From assembly GCF_001194135.2 (NCBI RefSeq), contig NC_068987.1, positions 82,947,692 to 83,003,799 on the forward strand: 56,108 bases of DNA. The letters are read 5' to 3'. Made by a program: the position numbers and the translations under genes. The notes beneath the pieces were generated by a model. That model was not told where the DNA came from. It made no database searches and saw only the letters and a list, made by a program, of their open reading frames with translations. Shown in pieces: positions 1-12,623 of this stretch. Origin of the DNA: Octopus bimaculoides. Lineage: Eukaryota. Within the stretch, counting starts at the first letter, position 1, and each line of letters starts with the position of its first letter.

Positions 1-39
<39 letters not shown>

Positions 40-204
40 TCTATATATATATTTATATATATATATATGTATGTAATATATATAAATGTGTGTGTGTGTG
101 TGCACGTGTGTGTATATATAAATATGTGTGAGTGTGCATGTCTGTATATTTATATATGTGTGTGTGCGTGTGTATGTATGTATAAATATGTATGTGTATG
201 TGTG

Positions 205-242
<38 letters not shown>

Positions 243-1924
243 TTTAGAGACTGGGTGGTCTATGAGTGGAAATCAGTCACTAGCATTGACTGATTCATCA
301 TAAAGCTATGGCTTTCAAATCAAGTCAGAGATACCTCTCCATGGTATCCTCTACCAAGGAAAGCATAATAAGTCAGAAATGCACTCAGGGCTCCATTAGA
401 GCCCCTCAGATGATAATGGTGTATTTACATCTTNNNNNNNNNNNNNNNNNNNNNNNNNNNNNNNNNNNNNNNNNNNNNNNNNNNNNNNNNNNNNNNNNNN
501 NNNNNNNNNNNNNNNNNNNNNNNNNNNNNNNNNNNNNNNNNNNNNNNNNNNNNNNNNNNNNNNNNNNNNNNNNNNNNNNNNNNNNNNNNNNNNNNNNNNN
601 NNNNNNNNNNNNNNNNNNNNNNNNNNNNNNNNNNNNNNNNNNNNNNNNNNNNNNNNNNNNNNNNNNNNNNNNNNNNNNNNNNNNNNNNNNNNNNNNNNNN
701 NNNNNNNNNNNNNNNNNNNNNNNNNNNNNNNNNNNNNNNNNNNNNNNNNNNNNNNNNNNNNNNNNNNNNNNNNNNNNNNNNNNNNNNNNNNNNNNNNNNN
801 NNNNNNNNNNNNNNNNNNNNNNNNNNNNNNNNNNNNNNNNNNNNNNNNNNNNNNNNNNNNNNNNNNNNNNNNNNNNNNNNNNNNNNNNNNNNNNNNNNNN
901 NNNNNNNNNNNNNNNNNNNNNNNNNNNNNNNNNNNNNNNNNNNNNNNNNNNNNNNNNNNNNNNNNNNNNNNNNNNNNNATAAGGTACTCAGATATCTGGA
1001 TGGTTGTACATTTACAGATTTTTATTAATATGTCACAAGTTTTATAAATATTAGCGCTTGCACCTATTCTTGTAGGTTCTTCACATATATATATGTATAT
1101 GTGTATGTTCATGTGTCTGTGTTTGTCCCCCCATTATCGCTTGACAACCGATGCTGGTGTGTTTACGTACCCATAACTTAGTGGTTCAGCAAAAGAGACC
1201 AATTGAATAAGTACTAGGCTTACAAAGAAAAAGCCCTCAGGGCGATTATTTCGACCTAAAGGCAGTGCTCCAGCATGGCCACAGTCAAATAACTAAAACA
1301 AACGAAAGAATGAAAGAAAGAATCCTTTGAGGGTCTGGAATTAATAAAAAGCTTAAGATCACTCAGCATAGAAACTTCCTTGATGGCTTTAATATGGTAG
1401 TTTCACGAGGTGCAATACGCAATAACTGCAGCCAAACTCATAATGGATACAGCACAACCAGAATTTCTTCCAATACAAAATCTAAAATGTACAACTTTTA
1501 TCTCATACTCACTACCTCCACCCCACCGAAATTACCATATAATATAAGGAAGAATTTTAATTATCAGAACATATATAGCATCAATTAAGACCATTAAATG
1601 GATGATAATTATACCACAACACAGAAGTAGGCCACACCACGAAGTAGCAAAGCTAATTAATCACATCGCTCGACATGACACAGTAATATTGGAAATCTTA
1701 ATGAGTTCTAGAATTACTGTGTATAATATAGATATCATAGATTATAGTAGAGTGCTGTATGAAATTACACAACTTCCTAATCCTTGCTACACATTAATAT
1801 AATAAGTGTCATTAATCCATCCATTAATATTAAGTTACTTAATGCATTAATAAATGTGTGTGTATGTATGTGTGTGTATGTGTGTGTGGATAGCTACATA
1901 GATATATATTTTTGTCTGTTTCTT

Positions 1925-2090
1925 TTTCTTTCTCTGTTTATTTTCTCTTATTCCTTTCTGATGAAGAGTGTATGCTCAAAATAAAAAAAAGACTTTTTCA
2001 TTTTTCCCAAGTGTCAAACTAATGCACTTGCTTGTTGTTCATACACCTATCTCTTGGTCTTTTTCTTTTTCTATAAATTTCAACTACTTA
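1925..2090 (+). mobile_element. short hammerhead-bearing interspersed repeat (Penelope pseudo-LTR or retrozyme-like)
   Basis: shares aaagactttt-ca-ttccc-ag-aaactaat-cacct/cactt-g-ttgtt-tacacc with 18690-18860 (minus) and 35222-35315 (plus). Confidence 0.55.
1954..1991 (+). ncRNA. decayed hammerhead-like motif, same family as 18757 and related to 40018
   Basis: CTTT-CTGATGA-A-GAGT-gtat-GCTC-AAAA; the conserved G12 is changed to A, so it is probably inactive. Confidence 0.45.
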
Positions 2091-2393
2091 TATATATATG
2101 TATATAAATCTTGAATTATGGCAAGAAATATCAATTGAGCCAATGGTTCTTCACCATTTGATGTCATATGGGACTCCTGAAGATTTTGGAGGAATTATCT
2201 AGCAGAAACTGTAGCTGGGATAGATAAATAAATAAATAAATAAACAGATAATCTATAAACACTGGTTCAGACATGGTTGTGTGGTTAAGAAGTTCACCTT
2301 GCAGCCACATGGATTTCAGTTCAATCCCACTGCACAGTAACCTTAGAAAGTGTCTTCTACTAGAGATTCAAGTGAACTAATACTTTGCGAGTT

Positions 2394-2428
<35 letters not shown>

Positions 2429-2542
2429 NNNNNNNNNNNNNNNNNNNNNNNNNNNNNNNNNNNNNNNNNNNNNNNNNNNNNNNNNNNNNNNNNNNNNNNN
2501 NNNNNNNNNNNNNNNNNNNNNNNNNNNNNNNNNNNNNATATG

Positions 2543-2579
<37 letters not shown>

Positions 2580-2585
2580 GTATAT

Positions 2586-2617
<32 letters not shown>

Positions 2618-3243
2618 GATGATGATGATGATGATGATGATGACGACAAAGACGACGACGATGATGATGAAATTACTCCCTCTTCTAAATTTCAGGTCCT
2701 GTGCCTGTGTTTGAAACAAAACCAAAATTTTTTTTAAAATTATTTTGTTTAGATCCTCAATAACAAAGTAGATCAATGATTAAAGACATTCCAACCATGG
2801 CCACTGTATTTGTTATTCAAAATTCCATATTTCAGACCATAAAATTCAATGTATCATCTTGTACTTTGTTTTAAACAGCAAAGTAATGTGATAAGAGAGG
2901 GATTTAATTGCTATTTCTAGCTAAGCCAAGCAATTATATAAAGCCTCCTTCGAAGTATTTTTGTATGGTTCTTCCATACAAACATCAGCATTTGCCTATT
3001 AGAGGAAAATGTTGAAAGAGTTTGGCACCACTTAGAAAAAAAGTTGCAACAACAACAAAAAAAAAGGGAAAAATAATAAGAGGTAGGTTGTCATAACAAC
3101 CGAAAATTGTTATGGTTGGCAAAAATATTCCTACATACACATGTATACATACACATGTAGTACATACTTACACACACACATACATACATACATACATACA
3201 TGTGTATGTGGAGGCAGGTACTTACGCATGCATGTGTTTGTGC

Positions 3244-3279
<36 letters not shown>

Positions 3280-3728
3280 NNNNNNNNNNNNNNNNNNNNN
3301 NNNNNNNNNNNNNNNNNNNNNNNNNNNNNNNNNNNNNNNNNNNNNNNNNNNNNNNNNNNNNNNNNNNNNNNNNNNNNNNNNNNNNNNNNNNNNNNNNNNN
3401 NNNNNNNNNNNNNNNNNNNNNNNNNNNNNNNNNNNNNNNNNNNNNNNNNNNNNNNNNNNNNNNNNNNNNNNNNNNNNNNNNNNNNNNNNNNNNNNNNNNN
3501 NNNNNNNNNNNNNNNNNNNNNNNNNNNNNNNNNNNNNNNNNNNNNNNNNNNNNNNNNNNNNNNNNNNNNNNNNNNNNNNNNNNNNNNNNNNNNNNNNNNN
3601 NNNNNNNNNNNNNNNNNNNNNNNNNNNNNNNNNNNNNNNNNNNNNNNNNNNNNNNNNNNNNNNNNNNNNNNNNNNNNNNNNNNNNNNNNNNNNNNNNNNN
3701 NNNNNNNNNNNNNNNNNNNNNNNNNNNN

Positions 3729-3761
<33 letters not shown>

Positions 3762-4429
3762 TATATATGTATACAAACATACAAACACATGTATATGTAC
3801 ATACATACACATACATGTATATACATACATATATTCATGCAAGCATAACATTCATAGAAACACATACATACATACATAAATATATAAATACATACAAACA
3901 CAATAAAGCATGAATATATGCAAGCATACGCACACAGACATACACACACACAGCCATACGTACACACATCCATACATACACACGTACATATAAATACATA
4001 GTTACACACATGTAAATATTCTCAGATCTAACAAGCTTTTGAAGCAGTGTATTTCAAAAGAAAGAAAGAAATTATCAAAGGAAAACTATTTGCTATTTTA
4101 CCATCCACGAACTGGCACAACATCAAACGTGCATCCAGAAATGTCAGCATCTGTTATAGGCCACTGGGTATGAAGTTCAAGTTCCATGATCTTCTCTTAT
4201 ATATCAGTAAAGTAACGGAGAGTTTGCATGGAGGGAAATCTATAAAATAAAATAGCAAGAACTTGAAATATTTTAACTGGAACTTTACCAAAGAGTAAAC
4301 TGTTATTACAAAAAAAAAAACAAAAAAAAACCTATAATTTCTTCTGAAATACTAAATGCAAATATCTCCCACCTGTATTTCCATACCATTCTACTGACCT
4401 TATAAACTGCCTCTAAGAGTTACTGAGAT

Positions 4430-4725
4430 CATCATCATCGTCATCGTCATCATCATCATCATCATTATCATCATCGTCATCGTTGCCATCCTCTTTATCC
4501 TCCACCTCATCATCATCATCATCATCGTCATCGTCATCATCATCATTATCATCACATCATCATCGTTGTTATCCTCTTTATCCTCCTCCTCATCATCGTC
4601 ATCATCATTATTGTCATTATCATCATCATCATCATCGTCGTCGGCGTCGTTGTCATCATTGTCATCCTCTTTATCCTCCTCCTCCTCCTCATCGTCATCA
4701 TCATCATCATCATTGTCCGCTCGAT
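4430..4725. repeat. compound (CAT/CGT/CCT)n trinucleotide array
   Basis: direct reading; the sub-block catcctctttatcctcc recurs three times. Confidence 0.9.
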
Positions 4726-5350
4726 GTCTGTATTCTGTGCTCGCAAGAGTTGGACAGTTCTATAGGATTCTTCAAGCCTAAGGGTTCTCTTCATCTTCAT
4801 TCTCTGCTTTGGCAGCATTTCTACAGCTGGGTGTTCTTCCTAATACCAAAAACTTTACAAAGTGTACTGGGCACTTTTTTTATCATCATCATCATCATCA
4901 TAATTATCATTTAATGACCATTTTCTATGCTGTCATGAGTGGCACAGTTTCACAGGAGCTGGCAAGCCAGAGGGCTGCACCAGGCTCCAGTCATCTGTTC
5001 TGACATGATTCCTATGGTCAGATGCCCTTCCTAATGCCAACCACTTTACAGGGTGTATTGGAGGCTTCTTACATCGCCAGCACGAGTGTCTCTCATGTGG
5101 CGCCGACACAGGCACTTTTAGATGGCACTAGCCTTTTACACACACATGCACAGATATATATATATGTACAATGGGCTTCTTTCAGTTTCCATCTACCAAA
5201 TTCACTCACAAATCTTTAATCAACCCAGTACTATAAAAGAAGACACTTGCCCAAAGGGCCATGCAATGAGAATGAACCCAAAACTACATGGCTAGAAATC
5301 AAGTTTCTTAACCACACACACATGTAGTCATATATGTGTGTCTAAGTATC

Positions 5351-5760
5351 CTTTTATTCTTTTATTTGTTTCAGCCATGCTGGAGCACCGCCTTTAGTCA
5401 AATAAATTGACCCCCAGGACTTATTCTTTGTAAGCCTAGTACTTATTCTATCGGTCTCCTTTGCCAAACTGCTAAGTTACAGGGACATAAAGACACCAAC
5501 ATCGGTTGTCAAGCAATGGTGGTGGACAAACACAGACACACAAGCACACACATACATACATACATAAATACATAAAGATATATATATATATATATACACG
5601 ACAGGCATCTTTCAGTTTCCGTCTACCAAATCCACTCACAAGGCTTTGGTCGGCCTGAAGCTATAGTAGAAGACACTTACCCAAGAAGCCATGCAGTGAG
5701 ACTGAACCTGGAATCATGTGGCTGGTTAGCAAGCTACTTACCATGCAGCCACTCCTGCAC
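5351..5760 (-). mobile_element. tRNA-derived SINE family A (head, internal microsatellite, tail), near full length
   Basis: head with A box TGGCTGC/TGTGG and B-box-like GTTCAGTC; tail ending gactgaaacaa-taaaaga; about 30 whole or partial copies in the window. Confidence 0.85.
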
Positions 5761-7047
5761 ACTTTTTTTTAAATCTCTCCAATGAAAAAAAAAATGAAAC
5801 AATAACAAAAAAAAAAAAAATAATTCCTTCATCCAGGTGAAGATTCAGGCAATAACAGCCCATCAAGATTATTCAGTGATGTTACCAAGTGCATCAATAA
5901 TTACAGACGTATATTCATAAACCTACAATTAAGATGCAGAATATATAAGTTCTCCAGCAAATGCCTATAAATATTTTGTTTTTCCTTTCACTGACTTTCA
6001 ATTCAATGTTTACATCAGCCAAGCAGTTTAAATTCCACAGCAGAGAATATGTATGATTTTTTGGGGGTTTTTTTTTCTCGTTTCATCCCAGATAATTATA
6101 TTAAACCTGTTGCACTTGGATTTGATGGCAGTTTTAATTACAATGTGTTTATAATTCATCTAGTTTTAATTGGTATTGTGTAGAATCAGCATATATCATC
6201 AGTATCTTTAGCAGGGAAGTCCTTCCTACAGAAAGTATTGTGTGTTATTTTTATAAGAATGTAATACCTCGTAGGGAGTGTGTTCGTATGGAGGGCAACG
6301 ATAATCTAGTTGATAGTATAAGCATAGTAAGCTCTAGAGTGAGTTTAGAATAAGTGTAGTAATCATTACGACCACCATCACCACCACTATCACTACCGCC
6401 ACCATCATCACCACCAACACCACTGCCACCATCACCACCATCACCACCACCACCACCACCACCACCACCACCACCACCATCATGATGATGATGATGGTGG
6501 CAGCACCACCATCATCATCATCACCAACCCCATACCATCACCACCACCATCATCACCATCACCATGGATTGGAGCAATGTGAAATGAAGTGTTCTTGAGC
6601 AAAACACTTCCAATGCTCCAGTCTACTCAGCTGTAAATGGGTCACACTATGACGGAGAAGCCTTCCAATTAAGGGAAATGTTGGCCTGCTCATCAGGCCA
6701 GTCGGGTGGCATTATTTGAAAGCTAAAACAATATGAAGTGCATTGTAATCAGCAATGTGTAACAACATTAAATAATAGTCTGGTCAATACCATTATGTAC
6801 ATATAAACATATACGTAATTTGAATGAACACAAAATGGAGAAGTGCAACAACATTCCTTCCATTGAAACCTCATTTAATTACCAAGCTATATATATATAT
6901 ATATATTACGGAGATGCACTTGCATAGCAAGTGACCTGATCTGAGATCGTGTGCTGGAACGAAAACAATTGCAGCGTGGAAGGTGTTTATAAGCCATTTA
7001 AAATAACACACAAAATCCGTTAGATTCACTTCAACATTTAAATTTAA

Positions 7048-7098
7048 TTTGTCAAAATATTTTCGTCGCTTTGAGACCGCGACCTGTTCACTGACAAA
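7048..7098 (-). ncRNA. identical hammerhead-like motif on the minus strand (left arm of palindrome)
   Basis: exact reverse complement of 7118-7168. Confidence 0.7.
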
Positions 7099-7117
7099 AT
7101 TCTGTGCAGCATAGAAT

Positions 7118-7168
7118 TTTGTCAGTGAACAGGTCGCGGTCTCAAAGCGACGAAAATATTTTGACAAA
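7118..7168 (+). ncRNA. minimal type I hammerhead ribozyme-like motif with G3-C8 core variant (right arm of palindrome)
   Basis: stem I TTTGTCA(7118-7124)/TGACAAA(7162-7168); core GTGAACA(7125-7131) plus one extra G; helix II GTCGC/GCGAC with 9-nt loop; GAAA(7152-7155); palindromic stem III AATATT(7155-7160); predicted cleavage after 7161 (UUU). Confidence 0.7.
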
Positions 7169-7248
7169 TTAAATTTAAATGTTGAAGTGAATCTAACGGA
7201 TTTTGTGTGTTATTTTAAATGGCTTATAAACACCTTCCACGCTGCAAT

Positions 7249-7280
<32 letters not shown>

Positions 7281-8617
7281 AACACTTGAACACATATATA
7301 TGTGACAGGCTTCCACAGAGTTTCCATCAACCAGAAACACTCATAAGGCATAGACCTGCGAGGGGCTATCATAGAAGACACTACTCCAGGGTTCCACATG
7401 GTGGACTGAACCCCAAACCATATGTTTGCAAAGCAAGCACACCTATATCTATATGTTTAACTTTTCTTAAGTATCTTTAATTTTTTTCTTATGGCTTACT
7501 AATTTTTCTAGAATCTTCTGGTGAAATGGTATTTATCATCAGTTAGTGTAATTAACTGAAGAAATTTCTCTTAAGACTATGAAACAAACTTCTCAACCAC
7601 AACACCGTACCACAGGAATGATTATTCCAAGAATGGTAACCATTTCTCCTGACATAATTCCCAGTATGTTAGTCGTTTGTTGAATCAAAACTTTTTCTTC
7701 TATGTATGGAGACGATATTTCTCCATCACTCAGCTCCTGTTTATATGTCTGTTTAACTATTCTAGAGGTCTCGTGAAATAACAAATTTGATGTTTCCTGA
7801 GAATTCTGTACTCGAATTAACTTGTTCTAGGGCTTTTTTTTTGTGTGTTTGTTTGTTTGCTTTTTATTTTTTTAATTTTTTTCTCATCATGGTTTCTTTA
7901 TCATATAATATTTGTCTGGATTTCATATAAAATTCAGTCGACCATTTCAAAAGAGAAAAACTTGTAAGAAGAAAGAGTTCCAACTGATATTGTTTCTAAC
8001 ACCTAGTGCGTTTGTGCGTAGTTGTGTGCATATGTGGAATGCACGTACACATGTGACATGCATGTGCATAAGTATATGCATAAAGAAAGTTAAATTCTTC
8101 ATTGGAAACTCTATTTTTTTTACTGGTTCCCATCATCAAACAACAGCCAGCACTAAACAATTTATAGTTTAGGGTCTCCCAGTCGACTAGGGCATCAAAA
8201 TAATTGAAAGGTATATAGGGTTTCAGTTTTTGTGAGATGTTTTAGTAAAATTTTTTAACAAGGGACTTCCAGGTTTTATGAAGCTTAAAGTATTACCAAG
8301 TATGAATTCAGCACTGACAGCCCTACAAGGATACCACTTTCAAGAGTTTTAGTGAAATATGTTGAGTTCACTACTTTGTCTGGTACCCATTTTATTGATC
8401 TCTGTCTATGAACCAGTTGAGTTTGGTTTGCAAGCCTCTTTAGGGAGTTACTCCTCTAGGAAGCAAATACTAAAAGGGATCTAAATCAGTGCATCACATT
8501 CAAGTACTTACATAATACATACAGATACATACATGTAAACATACACATATACATACATACATCATTCAAGTGTATATGAGCATGTTTAGATATGGAAGTA
8601 TATGCATGACAAGACAT

Positions 8618-9006
8618 GTTGTTGTTGGCACTCCGTCGCTTACAACATTGAGGGTTCCAGTTGATCCGATTAACGAAACAACCTGCTCGTGAAATTAACG
8701 TGCAAGTGGCTGAGCACTCCACAGACACGTGTACCCTTAATGTAGTTCTCGAGGATATTCAGCATGACACAGAATGTGACAAGGCTGACCCTTTGAATTA
8801 CAGGTACAAAAGAAACAGGAAGTAAGAGTGAGAGAAAGTTGTGGTGAAAGAGTACTGCAGGGTTCGCCACCATCCCCTGTCGGAGCCTCATGGAACTTTT
8901 GGTGTTTTCGATCAATAAACATTCACAACGCCCGGTCTGGGAATCGAAACCGCAATCCTATGACCGTGAGTCCACTGCCTTAACCACTGGGCCATTGCAC
9001 CTCCAC
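8618..9006 (-). mobile_element. tRNA-derived SINE family D with (CAA)n tail
   Basis: minus strand GTGGAGGTGCAATGGCCCAGTGGTTAAGGCAGTGG...GGTTTCGATTCCC (A and B boxes); ends ...gccaacaacaaca. Confidence 0.8.
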
Positions 9007-9737
9007 ATACAGATACATACATATAAACTAACATACATATATCATTCAAGTATATATGAGCATGTTTAGATATGGAAGTATATGCATGAGAAGACATACA
9101 TAAAACAAAACATACAGATCTGCACATATACATACATACATACAAAAATACCCTGTTGTTGATGCTGAAATTCCAATAAAGGAGCCTTGAATCCCAGTTA
9201 GAAACTGACCCTTTCTCTATTGGCAAAAAATTTTGAAATAAAACTGAATAATGACATACATACATCATATGATCTTGTAATCGACCAGATTATTACATGT
9301 TGTTGTCACAATGCACTTTGCATTATCTTAGCTTTCAAATGGTGCAACCCCACTGGTTAGGGTTAAATATGTTTGACAGTTATTGATTTATGGAAGTTAA
9401 TTGGAGAGATAGTTTTTGAGTGACAAAGTTTAATCTCTCATGTGGTTTTAAACACCATCACCTTCTTTGCTCTTGGCTGTCTTCACTAAAACTATTTTTG
9501 TTGCAAACATTCGCCACAGTGTGTGCAGTGTGGGGCTATCTCTTTTCCTTCATTCTGATTGGCCCTTTCATACCTCAAATAAGCATTTTAGGCAAAATTA
9601 CACAGAGGAGTGTATTTGGAAAATAGGGGTGATTAGCAGTGACAGAGAAAAGTGGTTGAAGTATTTCCTAAATAACTAATTACTAAATTCTGCAATAAAT
9701 TATTATTTATAATTGTTAATATGACTATTATCATTCT

Positions 9738-9955
9738 AAAGCGGGTGAGCTGGCAGAATTATTAACACCCTGGGCAAAATGCTTAGTGGCATTTCTTCCA
9801 TCTTTAAATTCTGAGTTCAAATTCCACTGAGGTTGACTTTGCCTTTCATCTTCTCAAGGTTGATAAAATAAGTACCAGATGAAAACTGGGGGTGATGCAA
9901 TTGACTTACTCCCTCCCCTGAAATAGCTGGTCTTATGCCAAAATTTGAAACCGTT
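9738..9955 (+). mobile_element. tRNA-derived SINE family C copy
   Basis: gagctggcagaat A box, gagttcaaattcc B box, central gcctttcatc...gataaaataagtacca motif. Confidence 0.8.
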
Positions 9956-10280
9956 GTGGCTATTATGCTTTGGACTCTCTCTCAGATATCTATTGTGCTT
10001 TTAACACAGCATCCATTACAGATGTTATATCAAGACAAATACTACAGTAACAGGCCTATCAACTGTGTTTATAAATTAAGTGTGATACATGGATGGCTAT
10101 TTTAATTTAATGCAGCTTCAATTGCATACACCAAATTTTTATTCAGCCTGGTGACTATTCACAACATCAGTGCATATTTTAACTACTTCTGTATCAAAGG
10201 TAATGCATTCTCATCTGAGTATGACAGGTCATGAGTACCCATTACTGAAAAAAAAACCAAAAGCCAAAATGCATCTGGCA

Positions 10281-10454
10281 TCCTACTACACTCTCTGAGT
10301 GGTTGGCGTTAGGAAGGGCATCCAGCTGTAGAAACTCTGCCAAATCAGACTGGAGCCTGGTGTTGCCATCCGGTTTCACCAGTCCTCAGTCAAATCGTCC
10401 AACCCATGCTAGCATGGAAAGCGGACGTTAAACGATGATGATGATGATGATGAT
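10281..10454 (+). mobile_element. family B: 5'-truncated LINE-tail-like retroposon ending in (GAT)n
   Basis: ggttggcgttaggaagggcatccagctgtagaaac...gcggacgttaaacgatgatgatg; about 15 copies in the window. Confidence 0.8.
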
Positions 10455-11134
10455 CCTTGCTGGCCAATTAACTGGGGTTATTTTTTTTCTATCTCCTTCC
10501 AATATATATTATGTTTTAACACTGCACATTCTTACTACAGTAACTAGCTTATCAACAATCTATGTACATTAACCATAGGCAATAGATGGCTATTCCGTCC
10601 TCAGAGATGTCATATTAATTACCTTTCCATAATGTTTCAACTGGTTTGATCTCAGATTATCATATAATGTCATATTCTTGGATAGCTGCATGCATCAGTA
10701 GCATTATGAATAAAAGTATTTCCATATTATTTGGCATACAAGATGAATTTTTTCAGACGAAAATTTATCGCTGAAAAGGTTAGGTGGGCTTATACCCCAA
10801 GTACCCCAAGACAACTTTGGAGGACTAAAAATTCCATGTGAAATGTAGCAGAATCTGGAAAGATAGCGCCAATGTTTAAATGTTTAGACAATATACTACG
10901 TCAACCTGTATTCCGGAAAACACAGTTCTACCTGTAATTTACAGGTAAAAGTTTCAACTTCATATGAACTTCAATAGTATACATCCAGAAATATTAATTA
11001 CTTAGTAAAAGTATAAAAGTTTTTAATGAACCTAATGTCAAGTTAATTGACATTCCATTGAACCTAATTAAATGTGTTGTATTTCATATAACTCAATATT
11101 TAATTGGTAGTTTTCTATACTTTCCAATGTAAAC

Positions 11135-11138
<4 letters not shown>

Positions 11139-11209
<71 letters not shown>

Positions 11210-11238
11210 GGTGGTGGTGGTGGTGGTGGTGGTAGTAA

Positions 11239-11272
<34 letters not shown>

Positions 11273-11273
11273 G

Positions 11274-11319
<46 letters not shown>

Positions 11320-11464
11320 CTGTGGCAGTAGTAATAGTACCAACAGCAGCAGCAGCAGCAACAGTAGTAGTAGTAGTAGTAGTAGTAGCAGCAACAGCAG
11401 TAGCAGTAGCAGTAGTACAGTAGTAGTAGTAGTAGTAGTAGTAGTTGTGGCAGCAGCAAAAGTA

Positions 11465-11535
<71 letters not shown>

Positions 11536-11537
11536 CA
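11139..11537. repeat. compound (AGT)n/(GGT)n/(AGC)n array
   Basis: direct reading; produces spurious poly-S/G/V/L ORFs. Confidence 0.95.
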
Positions 11538-11961
11538 TCGTAAGAAAGTTATCTAATTTAGCAATTACTCAAAGATTGTCTTCCTCATTTCCTCCAGAAT
11601 ATTCTTTTACTCAGCAGCAATTTCTTTCCAATTGATCAGCATTTTCATCTTTCAAATTGCAAACTTTGCATTTCTTTTTCTCATTTCCATTGCATAACCT
11701 ACTTTTTTCTTGTTTTTTTTATCACAACAGTTGCACAGTTCTTCCTAATCTAACTTAATTTTAATTTCCCAGTTGTGCAAAGGAATATCAGGTTCTCGTA
11801 GTCAGTTTAAAATTTTAATATACTGATTAAGCACAAGCATGGCCATGTGGTGGTGTAGGTGTGGCTGCGTGGTGAAGAAGTTTGCTTCCAAACCACATGG
11901 TCTTAGGTTCAACTGATGTACATGGCACTTTGGACGAGTACCTTCTATTATTGCCCTAGAC

Positions 11962-12591
11962 CAATGTTTCTCAACTTTTTTACCCTTGCATAACATAAAC
12001 CTTGAAATAAATTACATGTCTCAAGGAACCCCTACACAGAAAAAATTATATACAATGTCTTTCTCATATTCTTTTCATCCTGTCACATAACCAGCCCATT
12101 TAAAAGTACATTTGAATTGTCAGGCGACATGCCATGCTTGAGGAGACCAACTGAGTCAAGTAAAATCAAAAACCAAATCACGATCAATAATGGAAAATGT
12201 AGTTGTGGCTGTTGCCAGTACTGCCTGACTGGCTCTTGTGCTGGTGGCATGCAATAAGCACCAGTTCTGCCTGACTGGCTCCCCGTGCCAGTGGCATGTA
12301 AAAAGTACCATCCAAACGTGGTTGATGCCAGCCCTCGACTGGTTCCTGTGCCGGTAGCATGTAAAAAGCACCATCTGAACGTGGCTGATATGAGTGCCAC
12401 CTGACTGGCTCCCATGCCGGTGGCATGTAAAAAGCAACCACTACACTCTCAGATTGGTTGGTGTTAGGAAGGGCACCCAGCTGTAGAAACATTGCCAGAT
12501 CAGACTGGAGCCTGGTGCGACCTCCTGGCTTGCCAGTCCCCAGTCAAACCATCCAACCCATGCCAGCATAGAAAATAGACTTTAAATGATG

Positions 12592-12623
<32 letters not shown>

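Larger units (their letters stand above)
6967..7249. repeat. 283-bp near-perfect palindrome with 141-bp arms centred on 7108
   Basis: 6967-7107 is the reverse complement of 7109-7249; the only mismatch I found is G7104/T7112; the unit sits between (TA)n runs. Confidence 0.95.

Noticed and set aside
1394-1802. Two short non-repetitive ORFs, possibly a retroelement remnant
   Set aside because: No recognisable motif in any frame and no splice signals linking them to the fj exons.
10147-10199. Possible small exon (ttcag|...AAAG|gtaatg) ending in phase 1, compatible with the 19393 acceptor
   Set aside because: Its only open frame (LVTIHNISAYFNYFCIK) has no resemblance to the expected Fj ...C.RY...QIQG sequence.
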